64,000 bases of DNA from Thermotogota bacterium ADurb.Bin062 (GCA_002071085.1 MWEM01000010.1:2047-66046), one strand, 5' to 3'. Positions 19,947 to 29,109 are shown, numbered from the stretch's first letter. The notes: generated by a model not told the origin, from the sequence alone. Translations and numbers: made by a program.

Positions 19947-22900
19947 GGGTCAACCTCCGGAATGCGAAGTATACCCTTTCTACGAGGATATCTTCGCGGC
20001 GATGTTTTTCTATCCAGTAGAGGAGTTTCTCGTCCACGTCATAATAGGCGCCGTCCCCTTCTTTGTCTATGAGAAACGGAAGGGTTTGATGATCTTCGTT
20101 AATGAAAAAGCGGACCGGGTTCGTATTCAGCCAATATTTTCTATAACCCTTGTCATCCAACCAGACGATATCGCCTTCGTAGGGCTCTCCCTCCTCAATC
20201 TTATCCGTGGGCCTGATATTCCGGATGACGCATTTTGGTCCGGCCAGGGCGTATTCTCGGTCTTGCTCATCGGTGACCTTGAGGATCTCCAAGCCCGCAT
20301 CCTTTGCAAATATATCATCTTTTGTGAAGGCAAGTGAAACATCGGGTTCGTGGAGACCGTGAAATTCCCGCGCGACCCGGTTACCAACAACCCATTCGAC
20401 GGTGAAAGGGCCGGAAGGAAATGCGCGCGTTTGAACCTTAAAACTGTACTCGCTCCGCCCAGCGTCAAGAAAGGCTTCGAAGTGTTTATCACCCTCAGTG
20501 GAAAGGCGCAAGCGCAGTCCGGAGGGGTTGTCTTCACGAGACCAGCGGCAATGGACGTGAGTCACCTGCGCGTCGGCATCTTCTTGGAGCGCGACTTCGG
20601 CATCCGCGAAGGGGACGCGAAAGGAAAAGGTTGCGATCGGTGGTGTCTCGGCGTATCGAAGCCCCCGTTCGTAGATAGAAAAAGATTGCTCGGCGGTCTC
20701 GCTGGCGCGTATGTTGTCGAAAAAAGGCCGCATGTCGACGCTTAATCGATCCTTCTTCACGGAGCAACGAGTGATTTGCCCCGTTTGATCGTGTCGGCAT
20801 TCGAACTGTTTTCCCCTCAAGTCGTACGGGAGTCGGAACTCTTTTTTAAGGGGATAGCCGTAGAAGATCGGGGAGTACTCGGATAGGGATTCTGAGGTGT
20901 CTTCATCGACGAAGGGCCTTTCGAATTCGCAGGAGAACGTTAATCCATCCGAGCCGGAGGGGTTGAGCGTCAGAACGGCTTGAACCGTTTGAACCCCGGG
21001 GTCTATACGACAACGGATCTCCATGCCCCCCTCTTCCGACTGGATTTCGGAAGGATCGAGCGCGGGAAAAGAAAAATGGATTTCGTCCTCCGCCTTTATT
21101 TCCAAGCGCCCCGGCGCGTGGAGGGACCTATCCTCCGAAGACCAGCGGAATCTAAACCGCGGCAGCACCCAGAAGACCATATCGATCGGAAGCCTTTTGA
21201 CCCCGAAGATAGAGATGCGATACCGACCATAAGGGGAATCGAAAAATTCCGCGGGGCATACCTCCATAGACTCGCTCGGGCTATCGCTTTCCGCGGGGTT
21301 GTTGGCGACTTGAAAGGTTGAAACGCGTGAAGGGCCTGATTCGAGAACAACCTCCATTTTCCAGGCGCCCGCATCGCCGGTGGCCGGAGGCATCCGTATC
21401 GTCGGGCAACGGAAATAGACGTTCTCTCCACGCGCCGTGACCCCTTCGACAGGACTTTCGCTGAGCTTTCCATAGAAACCGGCCCGATAAAAAGCGAGAC
21501 TTCCACCGGTCGGGCTTCTGATTTGGAAACAGTCCGTATCCGACAGATCGAGAGCGGCGTAGTCAAAATTCGGGGCTCCATACCATCGGGTTCTGTCTGA
21601 GACCGCTTCGGCCGGTGTGATTTCGTTCTCGCCGGACAGAATGAGGTAGAGGTAGTCGGTCGCATACTCACGCTTCTTCAACGCCTCCCCGTTCTCGTCG
21701 AAGACCAGTAACGGGTACTCCTCACAGAGCTGTGGTTTTATGGAAAATTCGCGGATGGGCTCTTTGCTGTTCATCAATCTGTTCACTTTAAAGGCGCGGA
21801 TTTCTAGTGTACCGAAAAACGGTGAAATTTCGCACCGTTCCCTCTGGGTTTCTATTGAGCCGCCCTGATTAAAAAGCGAACATTCCCTGACAAAGACCTC
21901 TCGGTTTGCTTTCGCTTCCACGACGGACAGAAAGATTTTTTCTTGTTCATCAATCTCATTGAGAACGATTGGGGGGATAACGAGCCACAGCCGCTCCAAA
22001 TCGAGGTCCAACTCAAGGTAGGGAGCGCTTTGCCTGGGTGTCTGAACTATGTGAGTCCGATGTTCTATTTCGCTTCTTATGCCTTTTCTCAGCCTTTTTG
22101 AGAGTAAGGGCCACCGGTCAGCTTCATCGAGAAGCGCCTTGTCGAGGCCTTCGAGCGCGCGGATATACTCGATGGTCGACCTTATAAAAATATGCGCATC
22201 GTTTCCGGATTGGGAGAGGAAACACCGTGTTCCCTCGCACAAGAACCTATTCCTTGTAGCATCCCCAGATTCTCCGAAAGGAGGTTCTGCTGAATCTCCA
22301 AAAGGAGGTTCTGCGGGAATCTCTTGGTCTGTGAATAGAGAATCCGCGAAATCGAAGAGCGCCGTTTCTGAGAGGTTCAAAGCATCGGGGTAGTGGTTTT
22401 TTATGAAATGGTACAGGGCCTTCACGACATCCCAACTGAGAGGTCCCGCGTGCTCTTCCTTCCATTCGCGTACCACCTCGAGCTTCGCGCGAAGGTCATC
22501 CAAAGAAATCGGCTTCCCCGGAGAGAGAAGGTTTCGCACGCGGTTGATCCGGCTGACGGCTTCTTTCAATACGACATATCGGTCGATCGCTCTTTGATAG
22601 GTGTCTTTCAATCGAACGAGGCGCGTCCGATGTCTGTCTTCTTCGACGAACGGCGAGTCCGCTAAAAAGACGACCAATTCTTTCTTCAACTGGTACCGGG
22701 AGAGCTCGCGCGCTTTTTCCGCCCAGCGATTCGGCAATTCCTCTTCGATCACGCGCATCATCATAGGGTTATCAAGAAATTCGGTGTAATAGGAGGTCGC
22801 CTCCGGCGCCTCTCTGTACAACATAATTAAAGGCCAGTAAGCCAATGATTTTTCCAGAGACTTACGTAACTGGGCGGTTTTCTCTCTACCCGCGATTACT

Positions 22901-23484
22901 TCAGGCTGGTAGGATTCTTTGATTTTCCGGAGTTCTTCCGCGATCTTCTCGTCGCTCACCGGTCGATCACTTTCGATCTCAGGAAAAGCCCAGCGGATAT
23001 AGCGCGCCCATTTCGGAATGTATGAGTCGGGAACGAAACTGTGAGCGAGGATGGCCACGACGAACCGAAAGCCGGTATGAGGGAAATAAAAGCCCAGCCC
23101 ATCTCGACAGGTTTTTAGGAACAATTCTCCGATTTTTTGTTCCAAAGCTACGGAGGGTGTTTGGATGTCCAGCGCTTGAAAAATCGAACTCCAAAAGTTC
23201 CCTTCTTCATAGGTTTTGGCCCCAATATGAACGAGAAAGGCGCAGAGGGTTCCCCGGTATTTGAAATCTTCGATAGGCGATCCCCGATTCAGGAATTCCT
23301 CTTTCAAGTAAGCGCTCAATTCCGGGCGAATTTCTTCCATTTCTTGGTCCGAGAAGCCTGCGAGCTCGTAATACTTACTTTTTCTCATTGCCTTATACAT
23401 TTGAAAATCAAAAAGGGTAAGCTTCGCGCTCAACGGTATCATTCCTTTCCGAGGCGATCGCGATCTACATCGATTATACATCAT
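19936..23484 (-). CDS. Large hypothetical protein (1182 aa) with no recognisable catalytic motif. It is translationally coupled to the downstream DUF1998 helicase and may be a DruH-like partner. An alternative start is at 23442.
   Basis: A long ORF with an ordinary, non-repetitive composition (not low-complexity). It overlaps the helicase gene by 11 nt. No P-loop, nuclease or methyltransferase motif found by eye. The start codon lacks a clear RBS, so the start is uncertain. Confidence 0.55.
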   Translation of the reverse strand: MMYNRCRSRSPRKGMIPLSAKLTLFDFQMYKAMRKSKYYELAGFSDQEMEEIRPELSAYLKEEFLNRGSPIEDFKYRGTLCAFLVHIGAKTYEEGNFWSSIFQALDIQTPSVALEQKIGELFLKTCRDGLGFYFPHTGFRFVVAILAHSFVPDSYIPKWARYIRWAFPEIESDRPVSDEKIAEELRKIKESYQPEVIAGREKTAQLRKSLEKSLAYWPLIMLYREAPEATSYYTEFLDNPMMMRVIEEELPNRWAEKARELSRYQLKKELVVFLADSPFVEEDRHRTRLVRLKDTYQRAIDRYVVLKEAVSRINRVRNLLSPGKPISLDDLRAKLEVVREWKEEHAGPLSWDVVKALYHFIKNHYPDALNLSETALFDFADSLFTDQEIPAEPPFGDSAEPPFGESGDATRNRFLCEGTRCFLSQSGNDAHIFIRSTIEYIRALEGLDKALLDEADRWPLLSKRLRKGIRSEIEHRTHIVQTPRQSAPYLELDLDLERLWLVIPPIVLNEIDEQEKIFLSVVEAKANREVFVRECSLFNQGGSIETQRERCEISPFFGTLEIRAFKVNRLMNSKEPIREFSIKPQLCEEYPLLVFDENGEALKKREYATDYLYLILSGENEITPAEAVSDRTRWYGAPNFDYAALDLSDTDCFQIRSPTGGSLAFYRAGFYGKLSESPVEGVTARGENVYFRCPTIRMPPATGDAGAWKMEVVLESGPSRVSTFQVANNPAESDSPSESMEVCPAEFFDSPYGRYRISIFGVKRLPIDMVFWVLPRFRFRWSSEDRSLHAPGRLEIKAEDEIHFSFPALDPSEIQSEEGGMEIRCRIDPGVQTVQAVLTLNPSGSDGLTFSCEFERPFVDEDTSESLSEYSPIFYGYPLKKEFRLPYDLRGKQFECRHDQTGQITRCSVKKDRLSVDMRPFFDNIRASETAEQSFSIYERGLRYAETPPIATFSFRVPFADAEVALQEDADAQVTHVHCRWSREDNPSGLRLRLSTEGDKHFEAFLDAGRSEYSFKVQTRAFPSGPFTVEWVVGNRVAREFHGLHEPDVSLAFTKDDIFAKDAGLEILKVTDEQDREYALAGPKCVIRNIRPTDKIEEGEPYEGDIVWLDDKGYRKYWLNTNPVRFFINEDHQTLPFLIDKEGDGAYYDVDEKLLYWIEKHRREDILVERVYFAFRRLTRAD

Positions 23485-23657
23485 TTATTCGAGTAAAGAA
23501 AGGAACGATAAACCATTCGTCACATTGAGCGGGGTTTTCCAAAGTTAGGAAATTTGTAGTGGTACGGGGGTGCGTTTGAGGGAAGACACGCAAAAAAGCC
23601 AGGTGTTCCTTTTAAAGAAAAGATAGAAAACATACCAAACGTAGGGTCGAGAGGTGG

Positions 23658-24095
23658 TCATCGCGGCGTAAGCGTTTCATCATTTTGCGACGGGGCGATA
23701 CGCTTGGGAACGCCTGGGAACGCCAAACTTTAGTTTGGCATAGTTTTAAGTTTTGTCAGACATCCACAGGAAAAACCTGCCGACTTAAAAGTTGGCGTTC
23801 CCAGAACCCCTGCCGACTGGGAAGTCGGCGCCACCCCGGGACGCTGTGGGGGCACACAATGAGGTGACATAACAAAACGGGTTATCGCGGGGTAACCAAC
23901 GGGACCCCGCGATAACCCCTTGTTTTCTTTCCACCGCGATGACTTCCCAAAAACCTAAAACATGCCAACTTAAAAGTTGGCGTTCCCAGCAGTGCGACGC
24001 AAAAAAGTACGCCGGCTGGGGAGTCGGCGCCACCCCAGGGAGTTCTCAGGCGCTGCAAATGTGGCTTCCCTGAAATCGAGCGTTCCCAAGTGCTT
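23658..24095. repeat. Intergenic cluster of palindromic repeat modules (REP/BIME-like), upstream of the defence operon.
   Basis: Contains the hairpin+GTTCCCAG modules (ccaacttaaaagttggcgttcccag x2, ccaaactttagtttggcat, ccgactgggaagtcggcgcc x2), the gttatcgcggggtaacc...ccccgcgataacc palindrome, and the tcatcgcggcgtaagcg...gcgacggggcgatacg module. Confidence 0.8.
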
Positions 24096-24147
24096 CGCAG
24101 GTTCTGTGCTATAATCTTTCCAAACACAAACAAAGCGGGTGAAAGCA

Positions 24148-25440
24148 ATGTTCACGGTGCCGGAAAAGATAATCTACGCCTTACCGGAGCAAATAGGAAA
24201 CACCGAGCTTTTCGTTGGGAGAAAGAAGGAATTCGACTACTTTCTGGGAGATTGGTACGATTACCTGGTCAATAATATGGCTCAAAGCCAAGCGATCGTC
24301 GCCAGGCGAAAGAAAGGGAAGACGGCGTTTCTGCAGCGACTATTCAATATCCTGTGGAGCTGCCCGGAAACAGGTGTCATCCCGTTCTATTATGTGATAC
24401 AAGATAAACCTGTCACGTTGTCTGGGTTCGCGGAAGATTTCTTTACCCAATTTATGTGGCAATACCTTTCCTTTAGAGATAGGAAGGAAGAGTATCTATC
24501 TTACCCGATCGGCTTTGAAAAGTTAGCCCCACTCGTAGAAGGCGATAAGCATTTAACAGATGCGTACGAAACGATGGCGATCAAAAAGAAAGAAGACGAT
24601 TGGGATGGGATGTGGAACACAGCCAGCAGGTTGCCCGCAGCGTTGGCGACAGTTAAAAAGATGAAAATAGTCCAAATCATAGACGAATTTCAAAATATCA
24701 ACACCTATATTGTTGATGAGCGAAGGAATACGATCGGCTCTCTGAGCGGGACGTACCTGGATCTCGGAGAGAAGAGAGAGGCGCCACTCATCATTTCGGG
24801 GAGCGAGGTCCACGGGTTGCTGGAGATCGTACGAAGACTCACGGCACGGTTCGAGGAGAATGTCTTGGAGAACCTCCCGGAAGAGGAGGCGAAAGAAGCG
24901 ATTAGGAAGTACGCCGAGATATATCGGACGAAGATCGACGACATCGGTGTAGACAAACTCAGGAATCTCACCAACGGGGACCCTTTGTATATCAAAGCGC
25001 TTTTCTCATCAAAGCGCAACACTAAAAAAGACTACGTTCAAGAAGACAACATCATCGAAGTATACACGCAAGAGATCACGGGCGGGCAGATTTTCAAGAC
25101 GTGGGGCGAATACATCGCAAAGATCTTTTTGGAAGTAAACAAAAGAAACGCGAAGAGGCTCTTACTATACTTGTTTCAGGCCGGAGAAGAGCGCACTCGA
25201 GCGCAGATGATCAAAGACCTGAACCTCGATATGACCGACTCCGAACTGGAAACGAAACTACTCCAATTGATCAAAGCGGACCTGATTTCTCAGGGAGAAA
25301 CAAACTTCGATTACAAGATCGGAAAAGATAAAACCTACGAACTCGTCTTCCGGCGCCTCTTTCAAAAAGAGATCGACTACTTTGTCCCGGACATAAAGAA
25401 AGAGCTTCGTCAAGAGATGGGTGGGAACGCCAACTTTTAA
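24148..25440 (+). CDS. Archaeal-type AAA+ ATPase (Arch_ATPase/COG1672-like), C-terminally truncated paralog.
   Basis: Walker A ARRKKGKTAFLQRL and Walker B IVQIIDEFQNI. About 70% identical to the downstream paralog. Start moved to the ATG at 24148 by paralog alignment (MFTVPEKIIY), whereas the track uses GTG at 24139. The reading frame ends inside a hairpin repeat (..QEMGGNANF*), with the C-terminal domain replaced by repeat sequence. Confidence 0.7.
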   Translation: MFTVPEKIIYALPEQIGNTELFVGRKKEFDYFLGDWYDYLVNNMAQSQAIVARRKKGKTAFLQRLFNILWSCPETGVIPFYYVIQDKPVTLSGFAEDFFTQFMWQYLSFRDRKEEYLSYPIGFEKLAPLVEGDKHLTDAYETMAIKKKEDDWDGMWNTASRLPAALATVKKMKIVQIIDEFQNINTYIVDERRNTIGSLSGTYLDLGEKREAPLIISGSEVHGLLEIVRRLTARFEENVLENLPEEEAKEAIRKYAEIYRTKIDDIGVDKLRNLTNGDPLYIKALFSSKRNTKKDYVQEDNIIEVYTQEITGGQIFKTWGEYIAKIFLEVNKRNAKRLLLYLFQAGEERTRAQMIKDLNLDMTDSELETKLLQLIKADLISQGETNFDYKIGKDKTYELVFRRLFQKEIDYFVPDIKKELRQEMGGNANF

Positions 25441-25790
25441 GTTGGCAGGTCTTTCAAAGAGCAAAACCGGGGTTCTCAAGGAGGGCAAAATGAGCCAATA
25501 CGAGGTTTATCGCGGGGGTAAGTGATATTTTCGACCCCGCGATCCGCTCCATTTCTCTCTAAAAAGGGTATCGCGCCCTCGCAAAAAGAAAGGGCGCTTA
25601 CGCCGCGATGCCTGTTTAAGGTTATCGCGGGGTAAGTGATTTTTACGACCTCGCGATCCCCGCTTTCTCCCTTCTAAAAAGCGTATCGCGCCGTCGCGAA
25701 AAGAAGAAGCGCTTACGCCGCGATGCGTGTTCTCTCCGTGCCCTCTGTGTTCTCTGTGCGAACCCTTTTTTCCTTCCCCGCGCGCTCCCA
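25424..25790. repeat. Intergenic repeat-module cluster between the two AAA ATPase paralogs. It supplies the stop codon of paralog 1.
   Basis: gccaacttttaagttggc hairpin at 25427-25447, two copies of gttatcgcggggtaagtgatttttacgacc(c/t)cgcgatc, two copies of cgtatcgcgcc..cgcaaaaagaa..gcgcttacgccgcgatg, and ccctctgtgttctctgtgcgaaccc. Confidence 0.8.
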
Positions 25791-25845
25791 GCCTTCCGCT
25801 CTATGCTATAATCTTAATCAAACACAAATAAAGCGGGTGAAAGCG

Positions 25846-27507
25846 ATGTTCACGATGCCGGAAAAGATAATCTACGCCTTACCGGAGCAAATTGGAAACA
25901 CCGAGCTCTTCGTCGGGAGAAAGAAGGAGTTCGACTATTTTCTCGGAGATTGGTACAATTACCTCGTCAACATTATGGCTCAAAGCCAAGCGATCGTCGC
26001 TAGGCGCAAGAAAGGGAAGACGGCGTTTCTGCAGCGACTGTTCAATATCCTGTGGAGCTGCCCGGATACAGGTGTGATCCCGTTCTACTTCAGCGTAAAA
26101 GAAATGAACGTGACCCTGGCCGAATTTGCGAAAGAATTTTTTTCTTCTTTTGTCAACCAATGGATTGCGTATATGGAAAGAAAGCCGGAACTGGTTTCCA
26201 ATCCCTTGTACTTCGAAAGGTTAGACCGTCAAATAGAAGATGCTGAATTCAAAGAGATCTACGAATCCATCAAGGGATTTGAAAGAGTCGGGAACTGGGG
26301 ACTGATGTGGGAAACGGTGGCAAGACTGCCTTTTGAAACGGCGATAGCGAAGAAATGCAAAATCGTCCAAATTTTCGACGAGTTCCAAAACATCAATGCA
26401 TATATCTTGGATAAGCGACGGAATGTGATCGATACGATGAGCGGGTCGTACCTTGACCTTGCCGAGAGGAAAGAGGCGCCGCTCATCATTTCGGGGAGCG
26501 AAATCCACGGGTTGTTGGAGATCGCGCGAAGACTCACTGCCCGGTTCAAAGAGCTTAGGAATCTCCCGGAAGATGAAGCCAAAGAATCAATTCGGCGGTA
26601 TGCGAAGACCTCGCGGACCAAAATCAACGAACAAGCGGAGGAAAAGATATGGAACTTGACGCAAGGGGATCCTTTGTATTTCAAGGCTCTGTTCTTTTCT
26701 CGACACAACGATACAAAAGACTATACGAATGAAGACAATATCATCGCGACGTACACACAGGAGATCACTCAAGGAGAGATCTACCGCACCTGGATGGAAT
26801 ATATCGCGGCTTTTTTCCTGGGCGCAAACGAAAGGAATGCGAAACGGATTATGCTGTACCTATTCCAGGCGGGCGAAGAACGCACCCGGGCGCAGATGAT
26901 CAAAGACCTGAACCTCGATATGACCGACTCTGAACTGGAAACGAAGCTGCGCCAGTTGATCAAAGCAGACCTGATTTCGCAAGGTGAAACAAACTTCGAC
27001 TACAAGATCGAGAAAGACAAAACCTACGAACTGGTATTTAGAAGATTGTACCAGGAAGAAATTGACGGCTTTATTCCAGACATACGCAAAGAGCTGCGCC
27101 AAGAGATGGGAATCACGAGCTACGAGAAAGGGAAGTTCAGAGACTACCTCGTACGAGAACGGATCAAGAAACCGTTCAACTTGAAAGGCCTCGCGGAAAA
27201 CGGGATCGATCTCACCATCAAGCCTAAATCGATACACGAACGCGAAACGGTCAAAGTCGGCTTACGGGATCGAGAGATCGACCTGATCGTGAAAGGCAAC
27301 GTCGAAATGTGGATCGACGTGAAAGACACGAAAGGGAAGTACGGGAAACGCGAAGCGGACCGTTGGATAGAGGTCAAGAACATAATCAACGAAAAGAGCC
27401 CCAAAACCTTATTCGCGACCTACTCCCAAAACGGTTACACGGCTTCCGGGAAAGAGCTCCTCGTTTCGAACGGGGTGTACGTGCTTAAGGGGGAAGTAGG
27501 AAAATAA
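25846..27507 (+). CDS. Archaeal-type AAA+ ATPase with a C-terminal PD-(D/E)xK-like (DUF234-like) domain, full-length paralog.
   Basis: Walker A ARRKKGKTAFLQRL and Walker B IVQIFDEFQNI. C-terminal ...DLIVKGNVEMWIDVKDTKGK fits a D..ExK nuclease-like motif. The track's start at 25723 runs through repeat elements. The ATG at 25846 matches the paralog and follows the conserved gcTATAATc..gcgggtgaaagcg leader. Confidence 0.75.
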   Translation: MFTMPEKIIYALPEQIGNTELFVGRKKEFDYFLGDWYNYLVNIMAQSQAIVARRKKGKTAFLQRLFNILWSCPDTGVIPFYFSVKEMNVTLAEFAKEFFSSFVNQWIAYMERKPELVSNPLYFERLDRQIEDAEFKEIYESIKGFERVGNWGLMWETVARLPFETAIAKKCKIVQIFDEFQNINAYILDKRRNVIDTMSGSYLDLAERKEAPLIISGSEIHGLLEIARRLTARFKELRNLPEDEAKESIRRYAKTSRTKINEQAEEKIWNLTQGDPLYFKALFFSRHNDTKDYTNEDNIIATYTQEITQGEIYRTWMEYIAAFFLGANERNAKRIMLYLFQAGEERTRAQMIKDLNLDMTDSELETKLRQLIKADLISQGETNFDYKIEKDKTYELVFRRLYQEEIDGFIPDIRKELRQEMGITSYEKGKFRDYLVRERIKKPFNLKGLAENGIDLTIKPKSIHERETVKVGLRDREIDLIVKGNVEMWIDVKDTKGKYGKREADRWIEVKNIINEKSPKTLFATYSQNGYTASGKELLVSNGVYVLKGEVGK

Positions 27508-27527
27508 CGGTAACGCCAGACTTAATA

Positions 27528-27950
27528 GGTTATCGCGGGGTAAGTGATTTTTACGACCCCGCGATCCCCGCTTTCTCCCTTTTAAAAATCGTATCGCGCC
27601 GTCGCAAAAAGAAAGGGCGCTTACGCCGCGATGCCCGTGTGTGTTATCGCGGGGTAACCAGCGGGCTGACTTCGGAAGCCCACGAAGTCTCGCGATACTA
27701 ATGAAGTCCAGCAACCCGCTCGAATAAAATCGTATCGCGCCGTCGCAAAAAGAAAGGGCGCTTACCCCGCGATGCTGCGCTTTAGAACGCCGCACTTTAG
27801 TGCGGCATGTATTCTATGTTATCTCGGTGCCCTCTGTGCTCTCTGTGCGAACCCTGTTTTTTGTGAAACAAGCCAACTTAAAAGTTGGCGTTCCCAGAAA
27901 GGCAAAGACATGCCGAACTGTAGTTCGGCGTTTCCAGGCAAAACGCGCGC
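27528..27950. repeat. Intergenic repeat-module cluster.
   Basis: The same module families as above, plus ccagcgggctgacttcggaagcccacgaagtctcgcgatac, gccgcactttagtgcggc, gccaacttaaaagttggcgttcccag and gccgaactgtagttcggcgtttccag. Confidence 0.8.
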
Positions 27951-28099
27951 GTCCGGTGAATTCAACAACCCTGTTCGCCTGATGACCGCGCCCACCCAGT
28001 CACGATCTTTCCTTTTCCAGCGTGATATAATATTCTTGGAAGGGGTTATTTCATCGAGCCGTTCAAGTCGGAGCACCAAAGGAGAGATGCAAGAACCGC

Positions 28100-29104
28100 T
28101 TGACCCAAAAGGAGGGTTCGGTTGTGGTGATGAATTTTTACGAACAGCAGAAAAAGAACCTTATAAAGACCACCCTGTTGGTCTTCGTGATGCTGGCAGT
28201 CGTGACGGTGGCCGGAATAGCTTTGGATTACAGCTTTGGAACTGGGTTTTTGATCACGGGTGTTCTCATCGTGATCACGTTGATCCAAACGGTCGTTTCC
28301 CTCTCTTCAGGCGCTGGGATCGTACTCAAGTCTGTGAATGCGAAAGAAGTGAATCCCAACACCCGAGATTTGGAAGAAAAGCAACTTTTGAATATCGTCG
28401 AAGAGTTGTCCATTGCTTCGGGGACACCGAAGCCGAAGGTGTACGTGATGCGCGACGCGTCGATCAACGCCTTCGCGACGGGTAATAAGCCGGAAAACGC
28501 CTATGTTTGCGTTACGACCGGTTTACTCCAACATCTCAACCGCGAAGAGACCGAAGGCGTGTTGGCTCACGAGCTGGCGCACATCAAGAATCGCGATATA
28601 CTGTTGATGACGATGGTGAGCGCGCTTGCGGGAGGGGTGCTGCTCCTCTCCCTGATCGCGTTCCGCGGAGGGCTGACGCTTTTCCAAACGAGCGGGAGGT
28701 CCAAGAAATCGAAAGACAGCGGGAGCATCGCCGGAATCGCTTTGGCGATGCTGGTGACGGCAGGGGTGATGTTCTTGGTCGGGCAACTCAGTCGGTTTAT
28801 GACCTTTGCGATCTCCAGAAAGCGAGAGTTCCTGGCGGACGCGACCGGCGCGGAGATGACCCGGAATCCGATGGGGTTAAGTTTGGCCCTGCGGAAGATA
28901 TACAATCTTCCGGTCATCACAAAATCGGCCAACAGCGCGACCGCGCATCTCTTTATCTCCGAGCCGAAGAAGAGGAGCTTGGCCGAACGGCGTGATCTGC
29001 TCGCGAACCTACTGAGCACCCATCCGCCTCTGGTCGACCGCATCGCGGTCTTGGAAGGTAAAGATCCTCTAACCATCCAAAGAGAACTCACTCAAAAGGG
29101 ATAG
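28100..29104 (+). CDS. htpX: HtpX-like M48 zinc metalloprotease (membrane).
   Basis: HEXXH motif HELAHIKNRD and N-terminal TM helices. Downstream Glu-containing region ...REFLADATGAEMT. TTG start at 28100, or ATG at 28130, with AAGGAGG upstream. Confidence 0.8.
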   Translation: MTQKEGSVVVMNFYEQQKKNLIKTTLLVFVMLAVVTVAGIALDYSFGTGFLITGVLIVITLIQTVVSLSSGAGIVLKSVNAKEVNPNTRDLEEKQLLNIVEELSIASGTPKPKVYVMRDASINAFATGNKPENAYVCVTTGLLQHLNREETEGVLAHELAHIKNRDILLMTMVSALAGGVLLLSLIAFRGGLTLFQTSGRSKKSKDSGSIAGIALAMLVTAGVMFLVGQLSRFMTFAISRKREFLADATGAEMTRNPMGLSLALRKIYNLPVITKSANSATAHLFISEPKKRSLAERRDLLANLLSTHPPLVDRIAVLEGKDPLTIQRELTQKG

Positions 29105-29109
29105 AACGG

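Noticed and set aside
23658-24095. Possible CRISPR array or integron attC sites in the repeat-rich intergenic regions
   Set aside because: The repeats are short palindromes of varying sequence with no regularly spaced unique spacers, and no cas or intI genes are nearby. The hairpins (8-bp stems) are far smaller than attC sites. They are interpreted as REP/MITE-like modules instead.
25723-25845. Upstream extension of the second ATPase paralog (track start 25723)
   Set aside because: The extension reads through the ccctctgtgttctctgtgcgaaccc repeat module and the promoter-like gctataatc. The paralog alignment and the conserved leader place the start at 25846.
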